Assembly: GCA_963833425.1 (NCBI GenBank)
Contig: CAWHXP010000008.1
Coordinates: forward strand, 340,578-404,577
Length of the DNA stretch: 64,000 nt
Direction of reading: 5' to 3'
Source: an uncultured Methanosarcinaceae archaeon
GTDB lineage: Archaea > Halobacteriota > Methanosarcinia > Methanosarcinales > Methanosarcinaceae
Shown: piece after piece, positions 33,486 to 45,290 of the stretch
How positions within the stretch are numbered: the first letter of the stretch is position 1
How the letters are laid out: every line of letters starts with the position of its first letter
Position numbers and translations under genes: made by a program
The notes under the pieces: model-generated
Database searches by the model: none
The model's input: the letters and a program-made list of their open reading frames with translations, nothing else
What the model was told of the DNA's origin: nothing

Positions 33486-34547
33486 GTGAACTTCTTGAGA
33501 ACACAACTTATAGGAGACAGAGTCCTTGCAGGAAAAGAAGCGTTAGATGAATTTTATAAAACTAATTATTTTGGGCATCCTAAAGACGATATACTCGAAC
33601 TCTCGCTTTTAGAAGCCGCTTTTCTATTGTCCAGAGGAAAGCTTGAGATTGAACTTGAAGGCAAAATAATCGATTTCAAAGATTTTTTTGAACAAGCTTC
33701 TTTGAAGCAGCAGAATTTTGAGCTGAAGTACATAGTTTATAGGGATTTAAAGGATAGGGGGTATTATGCCCAGCCATCGGCTGTGGATTTTAGAGTATAT
33801 CAAAGGGGCAGCCACCCCGGTAAAAGTGCAGCAAAAATTTTTGTGCGTGTCCAATCGGAGAGACAACCCCTGCCTGTAAAAATTCTTCAAGAATCTGTTG
33901 CAGCGTCAGAAAATGTGCACAAACAATTTATTCTTGCTGTGGTTGATGAAGAAGGAGACATAACTTTCTACGAAGTTAAAACCGAAGTCCCTAAAGGAGA
34001 AATGACTCTGCAACTTTCTACAATCAAAACAGATACGACTTTCCTGGAAGACAGGGTAATATCCTGGGACTCTAAGACCTCCGAAACTCTCCATCAAGGA
34101 GGTTTTTACGGGAAAATGCTTGACTCTGAAAGGCTGCAACTCTCCCTGGTTGAGTCCCTTTACCTTTTATCCAAAGGGATAATCACGGTTAGAAACAGGG
34201 AAGGTAAGGTGTTTTCGTTTGATAAATTTGTAGAAAAAGCTTCTGAAATTGAAAGTTCTTTTTTTAGGAAATTTAGAACGTATAAGAACCTCCGGGATTC
34301 TGGGCATGTTGTCAAAACCGGCTTTAAGTTTGGCACGCATTTCAGAGTCTACCGAAAAATCGAGTCAATAGAATGTATTCCGCATTCAGAATATCTCGTA
34401 AATACCATTCCTACTGATTTCGATTTCAGACTTCCAGTTATGTCAGGAGCAGTACGGCTTGCAAACAGCGTGCATAAGACACTCCTTTTTGCAGTAGAAA
34501 AAGGAGATGAGATAAAGTATCTGAATATCTGTAGAATTAAAATGTGA
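33486..34547 (+). CDS. endA: tRNA-intron endonuclease (alpha2 type)
   Basis: Two repeated units; KTGFKFGTHFRVY, HSEYLV, VRLANSV. Confidence 0.93.
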   Translation: MNFLRTQLIGDRVLAGKEALDEFYKTNYFGHPKDDILELSLLEAAFLLSRGKLEIELEGKIIDFKDFFEQASLKQQNFELKYIVYRDLKDRGYYAQPSAVDFRVYQRGSHPGKSAAKIFVRVQSERQPLPVKILQESVAASENVHKQFILAVVDEEGDITFYEVKTEVPKGEMTLQLSTIKTDTTFLEDRVISWDSKTSETLHQGGFYGKMLDSERLQLSLVESLYLLSKGIITVRNREGKVFSFDKFVEKASEIESSFFRKFRTYKNLRDSGHVVKTGFKFGTHFRVYRKIESIECIPHSEYLVNTIPTDFDFRLPVMSGAVRLANSVHKTLLFAVEKGDEIKYLNICRIKM

Positions 34548-34631
34548 TACATTAAAAGTGTTTTTTCGCGTTTTCCTTACCCTCTACCTATTATTCATAA
34601 AAATAAAATCTTCAGCCCGAGAGTGAAATAA

Positions 34632-35027
34632 ATGTGGGATATCATCGCAGTGGACATTTCTGGTAGACACAGGATTAAAAGAAATTATTATATGGTCTGT
34701 GCTGCAGCTGCCCTTAAGGTCTCAGCTAGTCATATAGAAAAAGTCAAACAAATCAAAATTCAGTCCCTCTGGATCAAAAGGGATCCTACTTTATTAGATA
34801 TCGTACAGCTTATTGAAGATACAGCTGACCAGCTTTCCTTCGAAGGCACGATTGTGGCAGAAAGGGGTGATATATACAATAAACCCCTATGGGTTCCAGA
34901 AGTGATGTTTTCCAGAGCTTTCAAATACCAGGAATCCATTGCGGAGAGAAGGGCGATTGAACTTGTGCACCATATATCTTTGAGCGTCCGTAATTTACTT
35001 ATCAATAAACTTGAAATAGAGATATGA
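34632..35027 (+). CDS. Conserved archaeal protein (DUF2209-like)
   Basis: IIAVDISGRH, AIELVHHIS. Confidence 0.7.
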   Translation: MWDIIAVDISGRHRIKRNYYMVCAAAALKVSASHIEKVKQIKIQSLWIKRDPTLLDIVQLIEDTADQLSFEGTIVAERGDIYNKPLWVPEVMFSRAFKYQESIAERRAIELVHHISLSVRNLLINKLEIEI

Positions 35028-36310
35028 CAATTTCAGACAAAAATAAAATAAGAAACGAGAACAAAGTAATTCTCGTTAAAAGAGCGAGCCCAAATTCAGA
35101 TCCTGAAAATGAATCGATTCTCTTCCAGGAACTTCAGGAACTAGCAAGAGCTGCGGGCTATCTTCCAGTTGGTAAACTTACTCAGACAAGGTTTCAGGAT
35201 TCAAGTTATCAACTTGGAAAAGGGAAAATAGAGGAACTTGCCGAATTAGTGAGAAGCTCAGACACAAAAAAAGTGATTTTCTACAACAGACTTTCTACAA
35301 AGCAACTATTCAACATTTCGAAAATTTGTCAATGCCATGTTATAGATAAATTCCAGCTTATTTTTGAAATATTTGCGAAAAGAGCAATCACCCATCGCTC
35401 CAAACTCCAGGTGGAACTTGCATGGCTAAAGTATGACGCTTCGAGAGCTAGAGTGGTTGTTTCCTTACTGAAAAAAGATGAAAGGCCAGGATTCATGGGG
35501 CTTGGAGATTATGAGAACTCTTATGAACAGGATCTGAAGAAAAGAATCTCAAGAATCGAAAGTGAGCTCGAATCGGCAGAAAAGGACGATGAAGCTCTGC
35601 GGACTTTCAGGCATAGGAAAGGATTTTCCGTAATTTCCCTTGCAGGGTACACAAATGCAGGAAAAAGTACTCTTTTCAATGCTATTGCAAATGAAAGTGT
35701 TGAAGTAAAGGATATGCTCTTTACAACACTAGTGCCTATGACCCGCGCCCTGGATCTTGGTGGAAGAAAAGCCCTTCTGACAGATACCGTAGGGTTTATC
35801 AAGGATCTTCCTCATTGGCTGGTAGATGCTTTCAAATCCACATTAAACGAAATTTATCTATCAGATCTTATTCTCCTTGTCGTAGATGTGAGCGAAAAGC
35901 CTGCGATAATCCTTCAAAAACTCTCGACATCCCATGATACTCTCTGGGATCAGATCCAGGGTGTCCCTGTCATCACAGTGCTTAACAAAACCGATCTACT
36001 TGAAAAATACGAGCTTGATAATATTATGGAACAGATAGAGTATATGGCCCCAAATCCAGTATTTGTCGCAGCAAAAGAAGAAACAGGTATCAATGCACTA
36101 AAAGCTGAAATCATAAGACATTTGCCATCCTGGTCTTTCTGCTCGCTCACTCTACCAAATTCAGAGGAAGGAATGTCAATTTTGTCATGGTTGTACGAAG
36201 AAGGAATAGTACATAAAATTGAGTATGGAAAATGGATTACTGTGGATTACGAAGCCAGGATAGAAATAATCAACAAGGCCCAAGCTTTGATAAATGTTGA
36301 AGAGAACTGA
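35024..36310 (+). CDS. hflX: GTPase HflX
   Basis: IFEIFAKRA, LQVELA, GYTNAGKS, DTVGF, NKTD. Confidence 0.95.
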   Translation: MTISDKNKIRNENKVILVKRASPNSDPENESILFQELQELARAAGYLPVGKLTQTRFQDSSYQLGKGKIEELAELVRSSDTKKVIFYNRLSTKQLFNISKICQCHVIDKFQLIFEIFAKRAITHRSKLQVELAWLKYDASRARVVVSLLKKDERPGFMGLGDYENSYEQDLKKRISRIESELESAEKDDEALRTFRHRKGFSVISLAGYTNAGKSTLFNAIANESVEVKDMLFTTLVPMTRALDLGGRKALLTDTVGFIKDLPHWLVDAFKSTLNEIYLSDLILLVVDVSEKPAIILQKLSTSHDTLWDQIQGVPVITVLNKTDLLEKYELDNIMEQIEYMAPNPVFVAAKEETGINALKAEIIRHLPSWSFCSLTLPNSEEGMSILSWLYEEGIVHKIEYGKWITVDYEARIEIINKAQALINVEEN

Positions 36311-37022
36311 AGATTTATGGAGGATTTCCTGGATCTTCTAAATGGTAGCTTTGTGGTCCATCCTTTCTTATAGGAATGATTAACAAAGAAGAAGCAGAAA
36401 TTACATACATAATCAGGGTTGAAGTTAAAGCTTATATATTTTGGGCCGAAGACCCAGTAATTTTACACTTTGTACCGTAATATGCTCATTATACAATGAT
36501 ATATCCTTTATGCGTCCTCCTGAAGACATTCTATCCAATAAACTTACACGAATGCAGAGTTCAAGATATTGGATTGATAGAGCATTTCAGGACGGAAAAG
36601 TAAGCTTTGAGGGCACAATAAAAGATTAGGATGCTAAGAATCATTGTAGCATCACGTAGCAGTGTTAATTTTTAAGGTGCTCATTCTGTTGCCTTACTAA
36701 AAATTTTGACTCAGATACCGTTCAAGAATAAGAAAAGGAATCTTCAGATTGAAATATCCAAAATAGTTTTCTGCTGGAAAAACTAGATTTTTACTTTTCG
36801 TATTGGTATGTAAGTGATTTTTATAAGAAAAATTCATGAAATTTAAAATGATAGAATTAATGAGTTTGACAAAAATGGAAAAAGTAAAAATGATAGAATA
36901 AAAGTTCAACTAATCTAAACTTTAGAAAAGTGAACTGAGAAACTGCAAAAATAAATTAATTTGAAAATGCAAACCAGGAAGTTTTGTAGAATATTTAAAA
37001 TGTATAAGCCGGATGAAATGGA

Positions 37023-37112
37023 AACGATTTCGATAAACTGCTGATTCTTACGAGTAATTTCGATACAATTTACAATCACATGACAAAATTAATGAGTGCG
37101 TCGGAATTATCG
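37023..37112. mobile_element. Degenerate copy of the ~90-bp IS5-related MITE
   Basis: CGATTTCGATAAAC left end; interior matches the 8984 copy; right end eroded. Confidence 0.45.
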
Positions 37113-37286
37113 ATCTAATCTGTTGAACTTTATTCTTCTGTTCTATCTATGTGCATTATTCTAGTTGATCAAAAAATATTCAATAAGATGTTTCCAGGTT
37201 TCATTGAATAGTTAAACGGCCTATATGGTAAAACGAAAGTGAGGATTAATGCTTTAAGGGAAAGTTCCATATATTCAAGAGAAAAT

Positions 37287-38303
37287 ATGGGCACAAACAT
37301 AAGCGATCTGCTTCAGAAAAGAAAAATTGAGCTTTCGAGCCTTTCAAACCAAGTGCTTGCCATCGATGCATCTAACATGTTGCACCAATTCTTAAGCAAT
37401 ATTCGCCAACGAGACGGTAGTCCGCTGGTTGACGCTGGAGGGAGAATAACCTCTCATATTTCAGGCCTGTTCTATCGAACAGTAAACTTTGTTGAAGCTG
37501 GTATCAAACCTATCTTCGTCTTTGACGGGAAACCTCCTGAATTGAAATCTGAAACTCTGAACCGGAGAAAAGAATTAAGGGAATCTGCAAGGGAAAAATG
37601 GGAGATTGCAAAAGCTGAGGGGGATCTTGAAACGGCTTATAAGTATGCTCAGGCTTCCTCGAGAATGACACCTGAGATCGTTGAAGATTCAAAATACCTT
37701 CTTAACATTATGGGAATCCCCTTTGTTCAAGCTCCCTGTGAGGGGGAAGCGCAAGCAGCACATATGATTCTCACAAAGGATGCGAACTGCATTGCTTCTC
37801 AAGACTATGATTCCTTACTTTTTGGAGCCCAAATGATTATCCGGAACCTTGCTGTTACTGGAAAGCGTAAACTTCCCGGAAAGGATGCTTATGTTAATGT
37901 TGAACCTGAAATAATTGAATTGGAAGAAACCCTTTTCACTCTCGGAATCAACAGAGAACAGCTTATAGATATCGCGATCTGTGTGGGCACAGATTATAAT
38001 AAAGGCCTGAAAAAAGTAGGCCCGAAAACAGCCCTTAGGCTTATCAAAAAATATGGTTGTATTCATGCTGTGCTCCGTGAGAGAGGGGAAGAGATTGAAG
38101 ATTTAGATAGAGTAAGGGAACTTTTTATCCACCCTGAAATAACTGAGGATTATAAGATCAAATGGAGAAAACCTGACTCTGAAAAACTTATCGAATTTCT
38201 ATGTGACAATCACGGCTTTTCGGTTGAAAGAATTGAAAAAGCTGTAGAGCGTCTTAAAACAGGTTCAACAACGAATCAGAAAACTTTAGAACAATGGTTT
38301 TAA
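37287..38303 (+). CDS. fen: Flap endonuclease 1
   Basis: [36 protein letters not shown] box QKTLEQWF. Confidence 0.96.
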   Translation: MGTNISDLLQKRKIELSSLSNQVLAIDASNMLHQFLSNIRQRDGSPLVDAGGRITSHISGLFYRTVNFVEAGIKPIFVFDGKPPELKSETLNRRKELRESAREKWEIAKAEGDLETAYKYAQASSRMTPEIVEDSKYLLNIMGIPFVQAPCEGEAQAAHMILTKDANCIASQDYDSLLFGAQMIIRNLAVTGKRKLPGKDAYVNVEPEIIELEETLFTLGINREQLIDIAICVGTDYNKGLKKVGPKTALRLIKKYGCIHAVLRERGEEIEDLDRVRELFIHPEITEDYKIKWRKPDSEKLIEFLCDNHGFSVERIEKAVERLKTGSTTNQKTLEQWF

Positions 38304-38913
38304 CGGAATCGACTGTTCAACAGAAAGTTATTTGGATATCATATCCGTTCTGAACACAAATTTTTATTAAATACACGTGATTATTCAACCTGGGAAAACA
38401 ACATCAATAGCTATGTTAAGGGGAGTTTAAGGAAGAACTTTAAGCCAAATCAGGAAATTAGTCATTCAATAAACCAGCTAAGGTAAGCATTTAACAGATT
38501 GTGAATTAATAATTATAGCCGAACAAACAGTGTCTAGATATCTATATTAATAGGAAGTATATAGTAAATTCATAAATATATAACACCTAGTTGAAACAAT
38601 ATACTCATGTGTTCTTAAATATGGTTCTTGTAATTTTTCGTATATGCCAAGAGAGACTCTATAAGTGTATAAGTGGGAACGCGTCGCAGTTTTTCTCCGA
38701 AATTGGAGCTGTAACTATATTATTTAGAGCTGCCCATAAGCTTTGAAATCACTCTTTTTATCTACAGGAACGATCATTAATTCTATAATCCTATAAACTG
38801 CTCCGTGAGTTTAAAGAAAGATGCTATATTAAAAACAGAGTAAAAAAAGTAAAACAATTATATAGAATATATACATTATTAATTTAATGTAAAAGTTGAA
38901 TACGGAGATAAAT

Positions 38914-39687
38914 ATGAAAAAAATTCATGATATAAAAACACATTTGAATATACAAACAAGAATCTTGATTTTTATTGGACTCATTGTTTTGTTTTTAGTT
39001 CTAACTACAGCAGCAGTCGCCGGTCAGTCAGGTCCAGCTTTGAAAATAACAGAGCTAGCATTTCCTACAAGGTATACTGCTATAGAACAAAATATCACAT
39101 ACTTCTACATGGTAACTAACCCAGGAAATGTAAGTCTCACAGGAAATATAAATATTACAGATAATGTAACTGGAACAACTACCCTAAGCACCGATGGTCT
39201 TGACGTAGGCAGCATCCTTACGGGAACAAGTATCCACACAATAACGCAGGCAGATATTGATGCTGGTTCCGTAACCAATTTAGCATCTGCAACAGGTTCA
39301 TTCAACAATCAACCAGTAATTTCACCGAATGCTATTGCAACAGTTATCTATGAACATCCAACAAATAGCTCTGGGCCTACCAATGACGGCTATAGAGAAC
39401 CTGTTGTACCTGTAACTAAGATGCATGGCAGTGAACCTTATGGATATAACAGTGAACCTTATGGATATGGCAGTGAACCTTATGGATATATCAGCGAACC
39501 TAATGGATATAGCGATGTATGGGGTAGTAAACCTTCTAGAACAGCAGAAGTACCAAATTCAAACTCTCAGATATCCAAGGCAAAGGTTTCTATGAGTGAC
39601 CACAAGTATAAACACCACTCTAAACACCATAAAACAGAAAAAAATCATTCTAAACACCGCGAAGCAGAAAAAAATAACCAACTGTAA
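38914..39687 (+). CDS. Secreted Ig-like (DUF11/DUF7507-type) protein with SEPYGY repeats and His/Lys tail
   Basis: Signal peptide, VTN.GNVSL, TITQADIDAGSVTN.A.A.G, 21-bp repeats at ~39428-39511. Confidence 0.75.
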   Translation: MKKIHDIKTHLNIQTRILIFIGLIVLFLVLTTAAVAGQSGPALKITELAFPTRYTAIEQNITYFYMVTNPGNVSLTGNINITDNVTGTTTLSTDGLDVGSILTGTSIHTITQADIDAGSVTNLASATGSFNNQPVISPNAIATVIYEHPTNSSGPTNDGYREPVVPVTKMHGSEPYGYNSEPYGYGSEPYGYISEPNGYSDVWGSKPSRTAEVPNSNSQISKAKVSMSDHKYKHHSKHHKTEKNHSKHREAEKNNQL

Positions 39688-39807
39688 AGTAGATAAAAAA
39701 TAGTTGGAGTTCTGTTGCCATTAAATAGAAGTCACGAATGCGATAACAAACTAGAATCTCAGCTTCCAGTTTTATGGATAATAGACGCATACTGGCGAAA
39801 ACAAAAA

Positions 39808-39840
39808 TGAGCAGAAGGATTTTAGATCCTTATTTGCTCA
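39808..39840. terminator. Stem-loop downstream of the DUF11 gene
   Basis: TGAGCAGAAGGAT-TTTAG-ATCCTTATTTGCTCA. Confidence 0.4.
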
Positions 39841-40400
39841 ATCTTGTGACAATATGTTCCCGTTAAGACAATTACATTACAGTGGACCGCACTCATGTAG
39901 CGTCAGCGATTATAGAGCTCAATAACGCATTTTCTTGAGTCTTATATATATACTGCAGATTAAAGCATAAAGATCAAAAATATCTATTGCTGATATATAT
40001 CTTCAAACTAATTTTAGATAGGCTGAATAGTTACAAATGTACAGGCAATTAGACATAGATTAGCAAAAATAGGCCTGATCTTTTCTAAAGAACGCATAAA
40101 TATGCCTATACAAACAACTTTAAGAATCTGAGATTATTTCCATGGACAGGGATTCTATGGAACTTATTAGTCCCTTACATAACACAAAGCCACATGAATT
40201 TTTCAAATTTTTGCTTACTAACTCCAGGAAGTTCAGCCCTTTTCACAGATATGACCCATAATTTTAGGGATGCTAAAGACAGAATAAATATAGAAAGTTA
40301 TAACATTTCAAATTTTCTATCGTCATAGAATCAGAAATTAGTTCAGCTTAAAACCCCTTCTTCGAAATCTTGATATGAGATTATCAGAATCTACACAAAT

Positions 40401-41348
40401 ATGCTTTTACATGAACTATTTGACATCGAGGAAGATATCTATTTTGTGGAGGGAAGTTATCTCACCCAGCGAACTATTGAGCGTACACTACATTATCTCA
40501 AAGTAGTGGGGAACGTTTCTGAAGGACAGCAGATACATCTCTTGAGGGCCAGGGAAGGGGAGCACACCCTGGGACTGCTGATCTTTAATCCAGCAGATGA
40601 AGACGTTCCTGCAAATTTTTGGTCTGTGTTTACTGGAGCCCTTGCAGTAGCTCCAATGAAAAAAGAGTTTGAATCTATTGCGGATTCCCTTCTGGTCTCC
40701 AATATTCCTGAAAAAGATGTCGAGATTTCTTCCGAAAGGTGGAGAAATGCCGTGAATGAGTACTACTCCCTTATGCTTGTAAATCGGAACCTTTGTTCGG
40801 TTTGTACTTTCAAGCCTGAATCCTATGAAAGTGTTTTTTCCGAAGAGCGTGTGATTAGAGTGGCAAAAGTCTTGGATTTGCTTCAGACAAAGGGTTTTTA
40901 CTTTGGAGGAAGGCTCCTCGAAGTATGTTCTGGGAATGGAATGTCCACGCTCGCTCTCCACAGGCTTGGGCTAGACCCACTGGCAGTGGAAGTGAACAAA
41001 TGTGCGGTTTGTCAGGGACTTGAACATGGAGTCTTAGACCCGCAAAAAGTTATCGTAATGGATGCGACATCGATTTCCAAGTATTTCGATCCAGAAACCT
41101 TTGACGCAGTGATGGGATTTATGCTTGGGCTTATCTATGAATTTAATAAAGAACTCTGGACAGGTATAATAAGGGAGTCAGTCTCAGTTGCAAATAAAGG
41201 AGCTCTCTTGCTTTTCACAGTCAGTAGCAAGCCTGAAATTGAGATTCTGACCGAAGCTCTGAAAATGGCAGGAATCAAAGGGGAAATTATTGACAATACG
41301 CATTCGGAGGGAATCTATGATCAATGGGTCTTTGTCGGAAGAAAGTAA
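40401..41348 (+). CDS. Class I SAM-dependent methyltransferase-like protein
   Basis: LLEVCSGNG, VMDAT, FDAV. Confidence 0.75.
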   Translation: MLLHELFDIEEDIYFVEGSYLTQRTIERTLHYLKVVGNVSEGQQIHLLRAREGEHTLGLLIFNPADEDVPANFWSVFTGALAVAPMKKEFESIADSLLVSNIPEKDVEISSERWRNAVNEYYSLMLVNRNLCSVCTFKPESYESVFSEERVIRVAKVLDLLQTKGFYFGGRLLEVCSGNGMSTLALHRLGLDPLAVEVNKCAVCQGLEHGVLDPQKVIVMDATSISKYFDPETFDAVMGFMLGLIYEFNKELWTGIIRESVSVANKGALLLFTVSSKPEIEILTEALKMAGIKGEIIDNTHSEGIYDQWVFVGRK

Positions 41349-41375
41349 TGAACTTAATTTGCAAGTTATAAATAC

Positions 41376-41918
41376 TCAATCCATACATACTGTATGCAGT
41401 GTTTCGTATATGGGAGATTCTGGAGTCAGTATGCTTTTCTTTAAAAGAATTTTATTCACTTTCATGTTACCCACTTGCACATCTTTGCATTCTTTAACGG
41501 TATTTATAAAAGCTTTTTTCTGGTCTCTATTGAGGGATTTCACCCTGGCAAGAGTAGCATGGGCTTTAAATTCTCTATTATCTTTTTCAAATTTAAAAGG
41601 TTTCAGTAGATTTTCAACATCTTCATGCAAAATTTTGAATTTTCCGGCTGCTTTCAACCAGAGAACTTTAGGGTTTGAAGGATTAGGAAAAACCCCCAAT
41701 CCCCCAATTATCGCTTCGAAAGGTTCACAAGTAATGGAATCAAGCGCTGAAGAAATTATTGAAATCCTTGATTCATCCACATCCCCCAAGAACTTCAAAG
41801 TGATGTGAACGATTTCAGGCTCAACAAACTTAAGATTAAAGCAAGAGAATCGGTCCTGGAGTTCCCTGATCTTTTCCCTAAAACTAGGATCTAGTTCAAC
41901 TGCTATGAATGTTCTCAT
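41376..41918 (-). CDS. thpR: RNA 2',3'-cyclic phosphodiesterase (2H family)
   Basis: MRTFIAV, HITLKFLG and HATLAR motifs. Confidence 0.92.
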   Translation of the reverse strand: MRTFIAVELDPSFREKIRELQDRFSCFNLKFVEPEIVHITLKFLGDVDESRISIISSALDSITCEPFEAIIGGLGVFPNPSNPKVLWLKAAGKFKILHEDVENLLKPFKFEKDNREFKAHATLARVKSLNRDQKKAFINTVKECKDVQVGNMKVNKILLKKSILTPESPIYETLHTVCMD

Positions 41919-42153
41919 CAAAATTTTCACCAATTTAAATAATAAAATCATCAGAAAAATCTTCCTATAAGGTACTTTTTGAACTACCTCTCCTCATCGG
42001 GTTGATACCTTCCGAAGGAGGAGCTTACACGCCTCAGGGTTCAAAATAATGAGGCAAAAAAGATAAATGTCTCAAGAAAATAGATCCCAAAAAAATACCC
42101 GTTTAAACCTTGATCAAAAAGCCATTAATATTTTTTTTCAAGATGAGTAATTG

Positions 42154-42834
42154 CTATATTTTTATCAACTCACCAAATAGCCTCTTTAGTTTTTGCTTCA
42201 TACTACCTGACATCTGTTTCAGGATGATAGGTAGTGGTGTAATTTTTCCTGCAGGTGCTACTGCTCCTTCCTTTATTGCCCTGAGCACAGCTTCTGTGGT
42301 ATTTTCGGAGGCTTCGATTTCGGTATATGCCTGACCCACCATTTCTGGAACATGGGAGTCGCTCCCTCCGACACCTGGGATTCCAAGCCTTCTTGCCTCT
42401 TTTTTGGCTTTAAGGTTGGCATTATTAAAAACGCAGCGGGAATTTAATACTTCAACCGCGTCAATATCAAGTCCTTCAAAACTTCCTATCCCATGAGAAC
42501 TTTGCTTGAAAGGATGGGGTATAATAACCGTGCCTCCAAGTCTCCTGGCCATCTCTATCGTTTCTTCCGGGCTTAAAAAAGATTCTATATTTTTCCTGAT
42601 TCCTAATACCAAAATATGTCCTTTTGAAGACGTCACCTCTACTCCGGGAATTACTGTGATGTCAAGACCAAGTTCTAAGGCTCTTTTTTCACAGGCAAGC
42701 CCTCCTTCCACGGTATCATGGTCACATATAGCAAAACCGTCAAGGTCCCTTTTAAGGACGACTTCAAGGATATCATCATGACTCGAGTTGCTATCTTTTG
42801 AATGATCGGAATGCACGTGAAGATCGAATTTCAT
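42154..42834 (-). CDS. PHP-domain phosphoesterase
   Basis: DLHVHS, ICDHD, GVEV, PHPF, GGSDSH. Confidence 0.9.
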   Translation of the reverse strand: MKFDLHVHSDHSKDSNSSHDDILEVVLKRDLDGFAICDHDTVEGGLACEKRALELGLDITVIPGVEVTSSKGHILVLGIRKNIESFLSPEETIEMARRLGGTVIIPHPFKQSSHGIGSFEGLDIDAVEVLNSRCVFNNANLKAKKEARRLGIPGVGGSDSHVPEMVGQAYTEIEASENTTEAVLRAIKEGAVAPAGKITPLPIILKQMSGSMKQKLKRLFGELIKI

Positions 42835-43773
42835 GTTGATATAAAGATGGGAATTGAATTTATATAAAGAAGTCTAAGAAAGCTGTAGTTAGATTGTAGT
42901 AGCTCTAAATGACTTCTAGTATTCGGTTACAATTCTGAGGCTCAATATCTCAAAAGAAAATGGTTTCATTTTTTGTAATCTCCTTTAGAGAATTCGATAT
43001 TTGAAGTTTTAAAGTAAAAATTAGGTATAGTTCCAACTAAAACTATTTTGTATTTTTTTGCTAATACTTTTGAGCCTAGATAGCCATTAACCGAAAGTTA
43101 AGTCTCTTATTTTTTTTTCATTAATTTTGTTAAATGATTCAGAGTAATTTTGCAGGAATATCGTACCAGCCTCAATTATGTCTTTGACTGCATATTTGAT
43201 AAAGGACAGTTCTATCATTTTTTTCAAGCTTCGTCTTGAATTGGTAAAACGATATAGAGGTGAAAGTCTAAGGAAAGGGTCAAGTTCCATTTATCCTTTG
43301 GAAATGTGACATCTTAAGCAATAAGACATTATGTCCAGAAATTAGGTAGGAAGCTGTAAGCGCAGTTTTAATCATGTAGATTAAAAATGTGGCCAAACAA
43401 AAATAAGGGATTTTTGAGTATGATAAACAGAGAGAGGAACAGTAGAATACTTACTTTCGGAGACGGATTACCGCAAGAATTTGGCTTAAAAAAATGAGAA
43501 TGTTATTGCTTTACAAGATTAATATATAAAAATCTAATAGTGAGCTTGAGTTGTTGTAAAAATATCAACAAAAAGACTACATACATTCTCCCAAATATGA
43601 TAGACTACTCGTTTTTTCGAAATCGTTAAATTACTCGTGGACCTGACCAAAATAGAAAGACTAGAAAAATATAAAAACTTGCTAATTATGCATCTTGTAT
43701 ATTTTCAATGTGAAACTTTATATAGATCCAGGTAATCTGTTTCAGAAATGTATTATTTAGGCCTGGGGTTCTT

Positions 43774-44142
43774 ATGACAAAAGTCGAAAAAGTATTATTG
43801 CTACTCAAAAATATGGTGTATGAAAGCACCAGCCCACAGGAAACTCTTAAATTTGCAAGATATTACAGGAGTAAGGGACTTAAAGTACTGGTCATCCTGT
43901 GGGGACCTATGGGAGTGTTACTTGCAAAGAGAGATAAATCAAGAGGCTCACCTAAGTACGATACCTCTGTTCAAGAATGCATAGATATGGGAGTGGAGTT
44001 TCGATGCTGTCAGCTTGCTTCTGATATGATCGGGCTTAAGAAGGAAGAACTAATCCCAGGAATTGAATTTATCTGTTCAAAAGATGTGGCTGACCTTTTT
44101 CTAGCATATACAGAGCAAAACCAACTAATTATTAATTTCTGA
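43774..44142 (+). CDS. DsrE-family protein
   Basis: DsrE-like pattern, GVEFRCCQLA. Confidence 0.7.
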   Translation: MTKVEKVLLLLKNMVYESTSPQETLKFARYYRSKGLKVLVILWGPMGVLLAKRDKSRGSPKYDTSVQECIDMGVEFRCCQLASDMIGLKKEELIPGIEFICSKDVADLFLAYTEQNQLIINF

Positions 44143-44182
44143 ATATGAGGAATTTAAAAAAAATTCCATAAAAATTGATGAT

Positions 44183-45290
44183 GTGAACTATCTTTCAGCT
44201 GAAGAGAAAGTGGATTCTTGATTCATTGCTTTCCCTTTTGAGAACAAGTTCCTAAGCATCTTCCCATCATTTCATAAGTTTCAGATTCCGATTGGATTTT
44301 TATCAATGATAGCGAATTTTTTGATGTTAATTGCAGCATTAATGTCTCTATCATATTTAGTATTGCAATCAGGACATTTCCAGTCTCCATCTTTAAGCGT
44401 TAGCTCAGAGTTGTGGTATCCACAAACATAGTAGTTATTAGACGATGGTTCAAATTTCTATATCTTAACAAGGATTTTTGCGGATCATTCGAATTTATAT
44501 TTTAATTTTGTCATAAAAGTGCCCCACCCAAATCTCCAATAGTCTGTGCTAAATGGTAATTTGTAATCACGTCCTTAACATTCAGAGTTTCAACAGCTAT
44601 TGCTTGATTCTAGCTAACAAGTTTAAAGGAGAGTTTATGTTGAAAATTAATTCTCTGATTTGACATTTTATCATGAAGCACCGCAATTTTTTGTTTGGCT
44701 TTTCTCCGTTTTTAGAACCGTCCTGTTTCGACTAATTTTTTAGAGCACTTGAGGTCTTTTCAAAGGTTTTTTTAAGTACTTGGGATTTTAACCTTTTCTC
44801 TAGTTGACATAACAGCAAAATCCTTTGTCCCAAGGTCTACTTCAATGTGGTAGATTCGTTTTCCAACTTCCACTAAAATGTTGCTATAGACTTTCCGTGC
44901 AAGAATTAGAAATTGTAACGATTTTTAATTCCACTTCAAGGAAGCTTAACAGTATTGTTTTCAAAATCTACATTGTAGCTTGTGGCATCGGGAATAACGG
45001 AATTGAATTCTTCTTTCATTTGAATTTAGGAAAGCTATTCTTTTCTCTAAAAAATCTAGTGAATGCAGATTCTATCTGCCAGATTACATCCTAAATTTAT
45101 TTTAATCTACTTTTCCTAACCTCATACTTTACTTTCTAGATTCGGAATTAGTTCGTTCAAGTCAAACCTAGAAATTGATTTCCCGATTTGTTCAGATGTT
45201 TTTACTCTCTGATCAAGAACTCAATTACGGACTAAAACTACAACTACCAATATTGTTCAAGTTGGTTAGATTAATCAATTGTTGAATATA
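44183..45290 (-). pseudogene. tnpB: IS200/IS605-family TnpB relic with right end
   Basis: N-terminal GSC..V.N..LDQ..KT.EQ.GKSISRFDLN; C-terminal GYHNSELTLKD..WKCPDCNT..DRDINAAINI; ends TAGTTCAC; many stops. Confidence 0.85.

Noticed and set aside
40021..40034. Isolated IS-like terminus GGCTGAATAGTTAC
   Set aside because: No convincing partner end nearby
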